This document shows positions 38,099-51,454 of a DNA stretch of 64,000 nt, one piece after another. The DNA is taken from NCBI GenBank assembly GCA_964016885.1, contig OZ024741.1:229772001-229836000 (forward strand), read 5' to 3'. Each line of letters opens with the position of its first letter. Positions within the stretch are counted from its first letter, which is position 1. The position numbers and the translations under genes were made by a program. This stretch comes from Eledone cirrhosa (Eukaryota). Under the pieces are notes generated by a model. It was not told the origin of the DNA and did not search any database. It worked only from the letters and a program-made list of their open reading frames with translations.

Positions 38099-40667
38099 TA
38101 TAGAGAGATAGATATAGATAGAGATAGAGAGAAAGAGAATAGGTAGTTGTGCACCAGTTGAATGACGTATCAATGATATATTTATTTATTTATTTATTTA
38201 TTTAGCTCTAGTATTAATGTAGAGAGAGATATATGTGGTTAAGAGAGAAAACAGCCGTTACATAGAGAGAAAAGAAAAGAAAAATATCCAGACAAAAACG
38301 AGGCAGATTTAAAACACTATGTTTCATCAATGTAAAAAATACCAATTCGTATAAAACAGGCATTATAATGTAAATATCAGTATTCATGAATGAGACACGT
38401 ATCAATAATGTGTGAAAAATAATGATCATATGTCTAGTTTAAAATTCATAGGTTTATATTAGAGTTGAGATAAAATAGAAGGTTATCCCAGATTTTATAC
38501 TATATACATCCATGTGAATTTACGTTATCAGCTCTGCAAATTCCTATTTCACACGAAAACATTCTCATTGTGCTATAAAAATTCTAGTATACATATATGT
38601 GTACATACACACAAATATATATAGAGTCTACATTAATTTTAACAATACTATTCATGTCTTTACTCTACATGATTATCGTTCAAGCATAAATAGAGAACAG
38701 ATATCAATATATCAATAAAAATAAAAATATCAGAAACAAAAAGTAAAAATATCAGAAACAAAAAGTAAATAAAAACAAAAAAAATCAAAAAAATACAAAA
38801 AAAATACAAAAAAATACAAAAAAATACAAAAAAATACAAAAAAATACAAAAAAATACAAAAAAATATTAAAAATAAAAATATTAAAAATATTAAAAATAT
38901 TAAAATAAAAATAAAACATAGTATGCCCCGCAAATCAACCACAGAGATCAGCCCTTCAAAGTTAATTGACAATATATTGCCAAGTTCGTTATAAGCATCA
39001 GAATCACAAGCAAACAAAACCAAAAATGATTTACCAAATCCTGTCTAGCAGAAAACATTCCAAAAGTTTACGATACCCATTTGACCTACAGATGGTCTTA
39101 TATTTAATATAGAAGTTTATCTAGTGTAAAATTTATTCGATATATTTGGGTAGTTTAATTATTCATGAAGAATGTTTAAAATAAAAAGGAATCGAAAGAT
39201 TTATCGGCGAGTTTCATAAATAATTATAAATCAAATTAAATATACTACATTTTAAATTTATATTTATATTTAAAAGTTGAGTTCAATCTATGTCTGCAGC
39301 AACTGAATAAATTTGTCCGTAAATTAAGGGAATTTTTAGATTTTAGTATAAAGAATATCTCCTCCGCGCAGAGGTCACATGTCTCAGAGGATGAATTAAA
39401 AGGAATCCCTCTTGAGACTATATTCCAAGCCGTTGAATATCCAACGTTATCATGCCTAAGTTGCCAGAGTAGGCCTTTTTTAATATTTTTATTTTTAATA
39501 TTTTTTTGTATTTTTTGTATTTTTTTGTATTTTTTTGTTTTTTTTTTTGTATTTTTTTGTATTTTTTTGTATTTTTTTGTATTTTTTTGTATTTTTTTGT
39601 ATTTTTTTGTATTTTTTTGTATTTTTTTGTATTTTTTTGATTTTTTTTGTTTTTTATTTACTTTTTGTTTCTGATATTTTTACTTTTTGTTTCTGATATT
39701 TTTATTTTTATTGATATATTGATATCTGTTCTCTATTTATGCTTGAACGATAATCATGTAGAGTAAAGACATGAATAGTATTGTTAAAATTAATGTAGAC
39801 TCTATATATATTTGTGTGTATGTACACATATATGTATACTAGAATTTTTATAGCACAATGAGAATGTTTTCGTGTGAAATAGGAATTTGCAGAGCTGATC
39901 ACGTAAATTCACATGGATGTATATAGTATAAAATCTGGGATAACCTTCTATTTTATCTCAACTCTAATATAAACCTATGAATTTTAAACTAGACATATGA
40001 TCATTATTTTTCACACATTATTGATACGTGTCTCATTCATGAATACTGATATTTACATTATAATGCCTGTTTTATACGAATTGGTATTTTTTACATTGAT
40101 GAAACATAGTGTTTTAAATCTGCCTCGTTTTTGTCTGGATATTTTTCTTTTCTTTTCTCTCTATGTAACGGCTGTTTTCTCTCTTAACCACATATATCTC
40201 TCTCTACATTAATACTAGAGCTAAATAAATAAATAAATAAATAAATATATCATTGATACGTCATTCAACTGGTGCACAACTACCTATTCTCTTTCTCTCT
40301 ATCTCTATCTATATCTATCTCTCTATATTTTCTCTCTCTCTCTCTCTCTTTCTCTCTCTCCTCTCTTCTCTCTCTATATATCTCTCTATATCTATCTCTC
40401 TCTATTTAGTTGCATGCATTTCTTCTTTTTCTTCGTTTTTCTTTCTTTCTTTTTATAACTGTCCCTAATATTTTTTCCACTACCAAATCAACTTTTCAAA
40501 TAGAAGTCGAAGTTGAAAGGTATGTCGAATCTATCTATTTATAAGACTGTTTATATTGTATTTTGTCTGAAGAAGGCATAACATATTTTTAATATGATAT
40601 CCCTGAAATATATATAATGAAATAAATATGGTTTTATAAATATAGTTTCCATTTATTTAATATCGTA
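37676..40667. repeat. Large inverted repeat (~1.2-kb arms, ~570-bp spacer) of pseudo-LTR family A
   Basis: 37676-38905 is the reverse complement of 39480-40667; includes (AAAAAATAC)n and mirrored ORFs 38214-38429 / 39997-40212. Confidence 0.95.
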
Positions 40668-40778
40668 AATATACTCCAAATACTTGTTGAATGCTTTTAT
40701 ATCAGTTATAAATATTTACTCGTTGTTAACCCAACAATTTAAATAAAACTTTGCATTTATATTTATATATATATTTTT

Positions 40779-41381
40779 CTAAGGCGGGTAAAATTCCCGG
40801 GATCCATGGACGAGTTCTCTCCAGCGGTTTCTGTCCCTCATTATCGCTGCCATGTCCTGCGTCTCCAACAGACCAGTGTCTGTCCTTAGGGCATCAACAT
40901 ACGTTAACCTTGGTTTTCCTCTTTTAGTGTGTCCATGTAGGGGCTCCCAAAGGAGCACTGAGTGCAATGTCAACTCTGGATGTCGGTGAGCATGTCCAGC
41001 TAACCTCAGTCTCCTCTGTGTCACTTTTGAGCTGACTTTTGGGATGCTCCCATACAGCTCTGAGTTTTTCATCCTCAGTGTATACTGATTAATGTTCTGA
41101 GCCATCCTCAACATTCTCATGTAGCACCCATCCACCATCTGAGTGACATAGGCGGGAAGCCGCTAGTATTGGTTGAGGGCTTCCTGTATTTGGGAGCAAA
41201 GATTGGGAATACAGAAGATGATGTGGTTGAGAGGAAGAGCAAGGCCTGGGCGGCGTGCCACAGCTTGAGATCGGTGTGGAAGTCGGACCTTCGTAGAGAC
41301 CTGAAAGTCCGCCTCTTCATTGCTGTAGTGGAGTCTGTGCTACTGTATGGGTCTGAGACTTGGACACTGACCAAGAAACTC
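40779..41381 (-). mobile_element. 5'-truncated RTE-related LINE copy with 5' inversion
   Basis: 40779-41146 encodes the 3' end on -, and 41147-41381 the immediately upstream segment on +. Confidence 0.85.
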
Positions 41382-41384
41382 TAT

Positions 41385-41550
41385 ATATATATGTGTGTAT
41401 GTATGTGTGTGTGGTTGTATATATGTATGTGTATGTATGGATGTGTTGATATTTATGTGTGTATGTATCTATGTGTATATGTATGTGTATGTGTGTATTT
41501 ATATACACATATATATGTGTATATGTATGTGTATGTATGAGTGTATGTAT

Positions 41551-41595
<45 letters not shown>

Positions 41596-41841
41596 ATGTG
41601 TGTATGTATGCTTTTGTGTATGTGTTTGTGTGTGTGTTTGCATGTGTGGTTTTATTTTATTCTTCCTTTCCTTCTTCTTTCTCCAGCCTCACTTTCATAT
41701 AGATTGCATTTTTGTTTTTAAAATCCAAATTCAATAAACAGACCAGGATTTTTTCATTCTGAGGATTGAAAGCAAAATTTTTTGCTTTTAAGAAACCACT
41801 GGTAAATGGAATAATTGCCTTATGTTGTTTATTACATAACT
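41385..41841 (+). mobile_element. Fragment of the Penelope 2 pseudo-LTR
   Basis: Reverse complement of 32340-32760. Confidence 0.85.
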
Positions 41842-42040
41842 ATATATATATATATATTAAAAAATGGAAAAGAATGACTTCACTTGTAGTTCTAAACAAT
41901 TTCATTTAATTTTATATCATGATTTACTAGATCTACCAAATCATAATATTATACAATTAAATCAAATTGTTTAGAACGACAAGGGAAGTCATTCTTTTCC
42001 ATTTGTTTTAAATATACCTAACTGTACTAAGGATTAACTA

Positions 42041-42900
42041 ATTAATTATTTGTGTAGTCAATTTCTACAGGCTAAAAGAAATAATTAGATAAATGTCATA
42101 TGGCTGTACATCGCGGAAGATAGTCTGTATCATTTTACATTTTAAACTTATAGCCTCGTTTAAATGATTTTTTATGTGGTTGATTTATACGGACTAAGAG
42201 AGGAAATACTGTATATATATTGCCTAATATATATAGCTCTGATTAATGATTATTTGCTTAATTAATTCTTCATTGAGCCACACCATGAAAGGTTGCCAAA
42301 CCCATATATGTATCTGTGACTATGTCTAATTATATATATAAACCCCTTTGCATTTAATATATACTCCCGTAAGGTTGAGTAGAACTTTACGCTGTATTCA
42401 GCTGCGGTTTCTAGCAACCAGCCTACTCGCCGACAAGGCACCAATCACACATTTTCTGCCTTGACCGCTAGCCACGTGATAGTTCTTAGCCATTTTGAAT
42501 TCATTTCTGACGGGGATCATGGTAGAAAAAACTTAGTCCAGTCTGAGGTATCTCCTGATGAGTTCCAAGCCTCGTGGATAGATCAAAGATCGGGTATATC
42601 CAAAAAGTGGAACGAAACCGCCGGTGGTCGAGACTAGAGGAATTTTGATAAAGTTTATGTGCATTTTTTTTTCAAACTTCTATTTTGTACCTAACTCCGT
42701 GTAGTTAATTATTTGTCTAGTCAATTTCTACAGGCTCAAAGAAATAATTAGATCTCATATGGCTGTATATCGCGGAAGATAGTCTGTATCATTTGTCTAT
42801 TATTTCTTCATAATTACATTTTAAACTTATAGCCTCGTTTAAATGATTTTTTAATGTGGTTGCTTTATACAGACTAGGAGAGGAAATACTGTATATATTT
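42041..42900 (+). repeat. Direct repeat, ~665-bp period (~1.3 units), containing a hammerhead
   Basis: 42041-42220 is similar to 42705-42900. Confidence 0.75.
42551..42633 (+). ncRNA. Type I hammerhead with extended stem II
   Basis: UCUC-CUGAUGA-[GUUCCA...UGGAAC]-GAAA-CCGCCGGUGG-UC-GAGA. Confidence 0.8.
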
Positions 42901-42944
42901 TATCTAATAGTTCTTCAGACATGCAATTTTATATATATATGCTG

Positions 42945-44770
42945 ATCCTACGGCGGAGAGGATGGAGACTGTGGAGGTGATGAGGGAAGAACTCTGTACC
43001 GCTTACACTGAGGCCAGAGAGGAGGCACTGATAGAGAAGATCAGAAGTGTGGAGAGAGCGGTTGACAGGTCTGGATGTAAGGAGAGCTGGATGATCATCG
43101 AGATCACAGGGAGGAAGAGAAGGTGTTCGAGTCAGATCCAGGGAACAGGGCCCGAGAATAGGAAGAGGAAATGGCTAGACCATTTTAGGACCCTACTAGG
43201 AGAGCCACTCTCCACAGCCCAGAGCACTGGGGAGATCAGGCGGCTGTTTGAAGAACTGGATATTGAGACAGAGCCCTTCACCAGAGAGGAGCTTCAGAGA
43301 GCCAAGAAGAAGATCAAGGAGGGAAAGGCTCATGGAGAAGATGGAGTGGCATCAGAGGTGTGATTTTGATGATATCATCCTGGGGTTCTGTAACCAGTTA
43401 CTGGAGAAAGGAGTTGCCCCGAATCAGTAGAGGATCAATAACATCGTCCCAGTGCCAAAGAAGGGAGATCTCTCTAACACCAACAACTACAGGGAGATCT
43501 CACTGATGTCACTTGTGGCAAAGACCCTCAACAGGATGATTCTTAACAGGATCCAGCCTGAGATGGAGAAGAAGCACAGGGACAACCAGAACGGCTTCAG
43601 AGAGGGAAGATCAACCACCAGTCACATCCTGATGCTGAGGAGGATGTTAGAGGGAGCTAGAGCAAAGTGCCTTCCTGCGGTCATGGTTTTCATTGACTTT
43701 AGGAAGGCTTTTGATTCTGTGGACCGTCACTGCCTGATGAAGATCTTACAGGCTTTTGGAATCCCCAAGAAGATAGTGGACCTGATATCACTGCTCTACA
43801 CCAACACCAAAGCCCAAGTCATTACACCTGATGGGATGACAGAGTTCTTTGAAATACTGGCTGGAGTGCTCCAGGGAGATACATTGGCTCCCTACCTTTT
43901 TATCATCGTAGTGGACTATTGTATGCGCCTTGCACTGGAGAAACACCAGGATTCTGGCTTTACTGTAGCACCGGCTCAGAGCAGGAGAGTTAAGGCGAAA
44001 AAGATATCAGATGCTGAATTTGCCGATGATATAATTTTGGTGACAAATACAGTGAAGGGGGCAGAGGATTTGATGCAGGAGGTTGAGACTGTGTGATTGA
44101 GTGTGGGGCTGAGAATGAATGAGACTAAAACAAAATATCTGGTAGAGAATTTTGAGAAGCCACAGGGGATCACTAATGTAGGCAGGAAGCCGCTAGAATT
44201 GGTTGAGGACTTCCTGTATTTGGGAGCAAAGACTGGGAATACGGAAGATAATGTGGTTGAGAGAAAGAGCAAAGCCTGGGCGGCGTGCCACAGCTTGAGA
44301 TCGGTGTGGAAGTCGGACCTTCGTAAAGACCTGAAGATCCGCCTCTTCAATGCTGTAGTGGAGTATGTGCTGCTGTACGGGTCTGACACTTGAACACTGA
44401 CCAAGAAACTTACTCAGATGGTGGATGGGTGCTACACGAGAATGCTGAGGATGGCTCTGAACATTAATCAGTATACAATGAGGATGAAAAACTCAGAGCT
44501 GTATGGGAGCCTCCCAAAAGTCAGCTCAAAAATGACACAGAGGAGATTGAGGTTAGCTGGACATGCCCACCGACATCCAGAGTTGACATTGCACTCAGTG
44601 CTCCTATGGGAGCCCCTACATGGACACACTGGAAGAGGAAGACCAAGGTTAACGTATGTTGATGCCCTAAGGACAGACACTGGTCTGTTGGAGACGCAGG
44701 ATATGGCAGCGATAATCACCGCTGGAGAGAACTCGTCCATGGATCTCGGGAATTTTACCCGCCCTAGAAA
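42945..44770 (+). mobile_element. RTE-related LINE, decayed RT and 3' end
   Basis: PKKGDLS..NYR.ISL, QNGFR, FIDFRKAFDSV, GVLQGDTLAPYLF, FADD, FLYLG; several stops and frameshifts. Confidence 0.9.
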
Positions 44771-45376
44771 ATAAAATATATATATATATATATATATATA
44801 GGTAGGTATTAAGGTGCAAATTAACCACTCTCAGACACGAGTCTGCATGTTAAAACATATCTCAGAAGTTTCCGATTCCAGAGTCAGGTGCGATCATTAA
44901 TAGATCGTTCCTCGTGCTGATCGACAGTGAAACATATGTAATATGTAATTAAATATGTATATCATGCAACACTGATTCTTTGTTCCCTGAAATATCATTA
45001 CTATATATGTATAGTTTTAAGATTCCTGTTCATGCGCCTACTATCCGTCTGTTGGCCGTATGTTATTGCTGATGGATGCGTAAGCAATGAAGGGTAGGCC
45101 ACTTACTGAAATGTCTATGCTCAACGCGAATTTGTTGGTATAGGTATCTCAAAGTACTGAGTTTTCTGTGGGTGAATTTCCAGGTTTGGTCTGATTACAT
45201 CGTATACCACTCCGCGGAGTTAATAGTGAACGGATTATAGGATTATTACAGTACCAATGGATTTATTTTTTAATACATTTCATATAGGAAATATTTCTGT
45301 AATAATTCCATAATCTTCTGCTTGATTTTTTTGCTATGTACACACACACATATCTATATATATTAAACTGTTGTTG

Positions 45377-45474
<98 letters not shown>

Positions 45475-45922
45475 GCATTTTTGCAAAGTCTATACAAATC
45501 CACATTTCTACTCCGATTGACTCCAAACTTGCATTTATATATTCCTTGCGGTCTAAAGATACTAACATCAGCTGTTATTTTTCAATTTTCTGTTGTTAAA
45601 GGGGTGTTAGGCGCCGGTTATCGATCGCCGTCGAGCCCTTATAATATTTGTTTGTATGTCTGGCTGTCTGACGTATTATCTTCGCTACATTCACACACAT
45701 ACATATATATATATACATACATATATACTTATATATACACATATATATATACACATATATACATATACACACACATATATACACATATACATACATATAT
45801 ATATATTAACAAATGCAAACTACATTTATAAAACCATATTTATTTCATTATACATATTTCAAGGACACCAAGTTAAATTATGGTGTGCTTTCATCGGATA
45901 AAATATAATATAGAGCAGTTTT

Positions 45923-46090
45923 CATCATCATCATCATCATTTCATTTTAGGTCCGCTTTTCCCTGCATGCAAGGGTGGGACGGGAACTGATTCTGGCTTG
46001 ATTTCTACAGCTGGATGCCCTTCCTAACACCAACCTCATTTACAGTGAGTGCTGGGTGCTTTTTTGCCGTGGCACCTACACGACCACTTT
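45923..46090 (-). mobile_element. 3' UTR fragment of RTE-type LINE with (GAT)n tail
   Basis: Matches 62141-62360. Confidence 0.75.
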
Positions 46091-46109
46091 GCAGTGGAAT
46101 GAAAGGGAC

Positions 46110-46416
<307 letters not shown>

Positions 46417-46617
46417 CAACAGTGACATAGTCCTATGGACTGAGTGCTCTACCCTTGAATATTTCTACTTAACTTTTACTACAGTATATATATATACACA
46501 CACACACACACCCCGTCGGGGTCTTGAACATTTTCCTATTACCCACTCTACTACCCTAAGTATTGAGTACTCTGGTGCGTTATTGTCCATCTGGTTCCTT
46601 ACCACTCTTCTTCGTTT

Positions 46618-46662
<45 letters not shown>

Positions 46663-47045
46663 AAGTATGTATGTATGAATGTATGTATGAATTTATTATG
46701 CCTTAGAAGCCGCTACAATGCAAGTAGGTTAGTAAATATTAAGGTGACACAATCGGCTGAAGAGAAAGGGAGAAGTGGGTTTCTGAGGAGAACAGAAAGA
46801 ACAAGAATCAGAGGTTATATATACTTTGGAAATAATTCTGACATAACTTTATCTCTGCTTCTTGTTCTTTCTTCCTCTTCTCTACTAAACCATCCCTCTC
46901 TCTTTCTTCACCCAATTTTGTTGTCGGTACACCAGGGTGTACCGGACGACTAACTCACTCGATATGCAGATTAGGCTGCTCAGCCGTTAATATGCATAAG
47001 GAAATTATATACTTTCAAACGTTCAATCGACTGACAGGATGGTAT

Positions 47046-47088
47046 ACGGTGCTGATGACAGCTAATAAGCTAGAAACTAGTTCATCGT
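47046..47088 (+). ncRNA. Minimal type I hammerhead
   Basis: ACGGUG-CUGAUGA-cAGCU aaua AGCUa-GAAA-CUAG-UU-CAUCGU. Confidence 0.8.
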
Positions 47089-47344
47089 TCCTTTGTCAGT
47101 GTTGAACAAAAGGGCAACAATGGTTGCCGAACACTGTACGGCTAATAATTCAGGCTGTTTGTTTACAAACGAACAGAGCATTATAATAAATGTTCGGTAA
47201 CCCATACGTACATATATATATATGTGTGTATGTATGTATATACATACTACTGTACGTCTGTATACATATATGTATGTACATATACATACTTATATTTAAG
47301 TATCAGCCGTACTAAGAGTGAGAAATGAAATTTCATTTTTTTCC

Positions 47345-47413
<69 letters not shown>

Positions 47414-48401
47414 ATAACAAGTTATCTTTATAGGTAATCCAGTTGGAGGTTGTGAGTACTCTGCGTCTTGGATAGTTTTAACGTACGGCTTTGTTTTACT
47501 CAACAAGATGCTTCCATAGTTAGGCAGCGAGTTCGCGGTAATTCCTATGCAGGTTATACTTGGAGTAATAATAGTGAAAGAATGAAGAGTAACATGGTTG
47601 GCTGTACAATAAGGGCTTTATTTCAAGTACTGACAATTGTTTCGTTGATCAGGTGAGTCTAGAGGTCGCTAATCGCTTGAAGTTGCGTCACTCGATCTCC
47701 AATACATTATTTACCTCTGATAAACACATCAGAATACGTAGATATAAAAATAATTCACTCGAGGCAAGACATATATAGAAGAATAGCGTATAATCAAAAC
47801 AATAACATCAATAATAAAACATATATGGTAAATAGTTAGAGAAGTTACAGATGTAAAAAGTAAAAGATAAGATAGTATACATTAAAAAAGTAAGAAAATG
47901 AGAAAATGGAAAATATAAATAAATAAATAAGGATAAGTGAGAGCATGTAAGTACAGAATATGTTTGTAGTAGTGGTGAGTAAGTATTCTTATAAGGATTC
48001 CTTGGTGGGTTTAGTGCTAACATGAAAAACCAGATTCGAGATATACATAGATATGTGTAGAGGGTCTGATGTAGTGACAAATAAAAGAAAAAAGAAAAAG
48101 CAATAAATTAGAGATTAATTGGGGGATACATGTATGAGATTTACGGGCTAGGGGTGAAGGGACGTTTGATAAACGTTTGTTGTAAATGTTTTGCTGATTG
48201 TTCTATCTTAATGGGGTTGATGCTGTTTCAGGGAGAGAGTTATTGCGAACTCGTTGCATAACTATGGAAGCATCTTGTTGAGTCAAACAAAGCCATAGGT
48301 TAAAACTATCCACGACGCAGAATTCTCACAACCTCTAACTGGATTACCCATATACCCAGCTCCCACTAGGTTGAGCAACAACCTTAACGCACGGCACTAA
48401 T

Positions 48402-50620
48402 ATGGAAAAGCACCACATAGGCATGTCACTGAAAAACATACCTATACCTACAAACAAGGACTATACACTCGGCATGATACAGCGTACTAATGATTTCATC
48501 CATCAAATCCGATGGAAGGCCTACCATTACGACAAAGGACACGCTAATAACATGGCGGAATTTACTAGGGAAAAATACGGATTCAAATCCTGCAAAAGTC
48601 CACCAAAAAAACCCCAGCTCGATGCCTTCAAACTCGACCTCATGAACATGATAAGTGGAACTAAATTAAAAAAACAGACACATCACAACAAATTGCAAAA
48701 CAACATCAATGCACTACTAAAAAAACTACGCAACACCAACGGTATTATAGTAAAAGCAGACAAAACATGAAACGTATACACCATGAGCCTTAATACATAC
48801 AATAATTTTATACGCCGTGAATTGCACAAAAAATACAAAAAAACAACAGAATCTGCACTCACTAGCATTAATAAGGAAGGACTTAGCATAGTAAAAAAAC
48901 TGAAAATATCTGATAGAACCAAGCCTCTAACCCCTTGTAACCCCACATTTAACCTAAAGGATCACAAAAATAATTTCGAAATAGACCCCACAATTAGATT
49001 AATATACCCATCTAAGTCGGATAAAAGTAGAATTAACAAGTATATACTAGATAGAGTAATCGCACAAATTAAGGACAAACTAGTAATTAAGCTATGGGGT
49101 AACACTAACGAAGCAATAGGCTGGTTCAGCAAAATAAACAGTAGAGAAACATCTAACTTCGTACAGTTCGACATTAATGACTTCTACTCATTCATATCCC
49201 TAGTCACCCTGGGTAAAGCGCTAACCTTTGCCCAGAAAAATTCAGACCGTACCTCGGACGAAATTAAATAATACTAGCTGCTAGAAGGACTATCATTAGA
49301 TTCGAAAAACAGAATTTAGAGTGACGATACACTCCTTTTAGCCAAAAACTTAAATAATCAAAACATAGAAAAATTACGAAAAAAACAGAGTATTCTTCAA
49401 CAAAATATGCCTAAGTATCACTTTCGAACTTAACTCTAAAAAAGAAATTTCTTAGATGTAACACTCAACCTAAACACAGGATTAATAGAGGCCTTCCATA
49501 AGAATAACGAGAATCTAGCCTACATTAGTTATAACTCAAACTACCCCCGATCCATAATTAACTCCATAGCACATAGTATATCCCTCAGAATATCCCGCCT
49601 ATCTTCGAACCTAGACATTTTTACCGAACACGCAAACTATTATAACATAGCTTTACATAAGACTGGACATAAGGAGAAGCTGGAATACATACTATATAGA
49701 GACAACAGCAACAAACCTAACAACAACAACACTACCCACTCATATAGAAATAACAAGCATAGGACTAAGCATAGAATTAGACAACGAGCACCAAAAATAA
49801 CTGAACCGAACACTAATATAAGGACCCCAAAAAACTATAGAAGATCCAATATGGTTCAATCCAATATTCAACTCCTCTATAAAAACTAAACTACCTTCTA
49901 CATTCTTTAAACTAATAGATAAGCACTTCCCTACACTACACAAATACCATAGAATCTTTAATAGAAAAACTATAAAACTATCCTACTCTCCTGCAGCCAA
50001 CATAGAATCAACCACAAAAATATCTCTAAAGAAATTAACCTACCAACAAACACCATAGCACCAAATACAAAATGCAAACACATAACAACATCACAACCAC
50101 AAACGCATCACAACAAAACACTAATAGGCCTAAATCACAACCCACCCACAACAACTTACAAAACGGTGAACCCGCACACAGAAAAACCTCAAATTGTAAT
50201 TGCCACCTACCGTATAAGTGACCATTACAGAATAGATGCCTGGATTCGAGTATGGTATATCTGTGTACTGTAGATTCAGGCAACTCTACTTGGCACTACA
50301 TAGGTTCCACGGCTGGGGAGTTCAAGAAAAGGTGGTATGTCCACAGACACTCCATGAAGAACCATAGACTGGAGAACTCTACGACGCTCGCCAATAAAAT
50401 CTGGCAGCTTAAAAACAAAAACCTAGAATATAAGATTAGCTGGTCAAAATTATCAGTAGCAAGAGCCTTCAGCAACGGAATGTCCCACTGCAGACTTTGT
50501 AATTTAGAACTACTCCATATTTTAAGGTACAATGGGATGCTGCTTAACAGCAAAATAGAAAGATCAATTTTCTGTAGGCATAAAATAGCTACCAGATTCA
50601 CAAACTTCAAACCACCATGA
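48402..50620 (+). pseudogene. Penelope-like RT + GIY-YIG ORF (decayed, RT core partly deleted)
   Basis: MSLKNIPIP, KADKT, NLKDHK, QFDINDFY, WFNPIF, NCNC, MVY..YIGSTAGEFKKRWYVH, CRLCNLE. Confidence 0.9.
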
Positions 50621-51257
50621 TTTGAACCAGCAATCCCAAAATTAGAACTGAACCACCTAGATTTTAGCGTATAGAATGCACACCATCGCACTGTTATTAG
50701 CTGTCAAACGGCCAACTGGTCACTGGATCATAAATCATTGAACATCTCTTTCACCCTCTCTCCCTAAAACAACATCAGCCCCATTAAGATAGAAAAATTA
50801 GCAAAACATTTACAACAAACGTTTGTCAAACATCCCTTCACCCCTAGCCCGTAAATCTCATTCATGTATCCCCCAATTAATCTCTAATTTATTGCTTTTT
50901 CTTTTTTCTTTTATTTGTCACTACATCAGACCCTCTACACATATCTATGTATATCTCAAATCTGGTTTTTCATGTTAGCACTAAACCCACCAAGGAATCC
51001 TTATAAGAACACTTACTCACCACTACTACAAACATATTCTGTACTTACATGCTCTCACTTATCCTTATTTATTTATTTATATTTTCCATTTTCTCATTTT
51101 CTTACTTTTTTAATGTATACTATCTTATCTTTTACTTTTTACATCTGTAACTTCTCTAACTATTTACCATATATGTTTTATTATTGATGTTATTGTTTTG
51201 ATTATACGCTATTCTTCTATATATGTCTTGCCTCGAGTGAATTATTTTTATATCTAC

Positions 51258-51368
51258 GTACTCTGATGTGTTGACCAGAGGTAAATAATGTATTGGAGAT
51301 CGAGTGGCGCAACTTCAAGCGATTAGCGACCTCTAGACTCACCTGATCAACGAAACAATTGTCAGTAC
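51258..51368 (+). ncRNA. Type I hammerhead variant (CUGAUGU core, long stem II); mirror copy at 47627-47737 (-)
   Basis: GUACU-CUGAUGU-[GUUGAcCAG...CUGaUCAAC]-GAAA-CAAUUG-UC-AGUAC. Confidence 0.7.
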
Positions 51369-51422
51369 TTGAAATAAAGCCCCTTATTGTATAGCCAACC
51401 ATGTTACTCTTCATTCTTTCAT

Positions 51423-51453
<31 letters not shown>

Positions 51454-51454
51454 T

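Larger units (their letters stand above)
47411..51422 (+). mobile_element. Penelope-like element 3 with inverted upstream pseudo-LTR
   Basis: 47575-48225 is the reverse complement of 50770-51420; 47420-47545 is inverted at 48235-48350. Confidence 0.9.

Noticed and set aside
44856-44945. CAUAU...GAAACAUAUGUA-AUAUG HHR-like frame
   Set aside because: 5' core reads CUCAGAA; too degenerate to call
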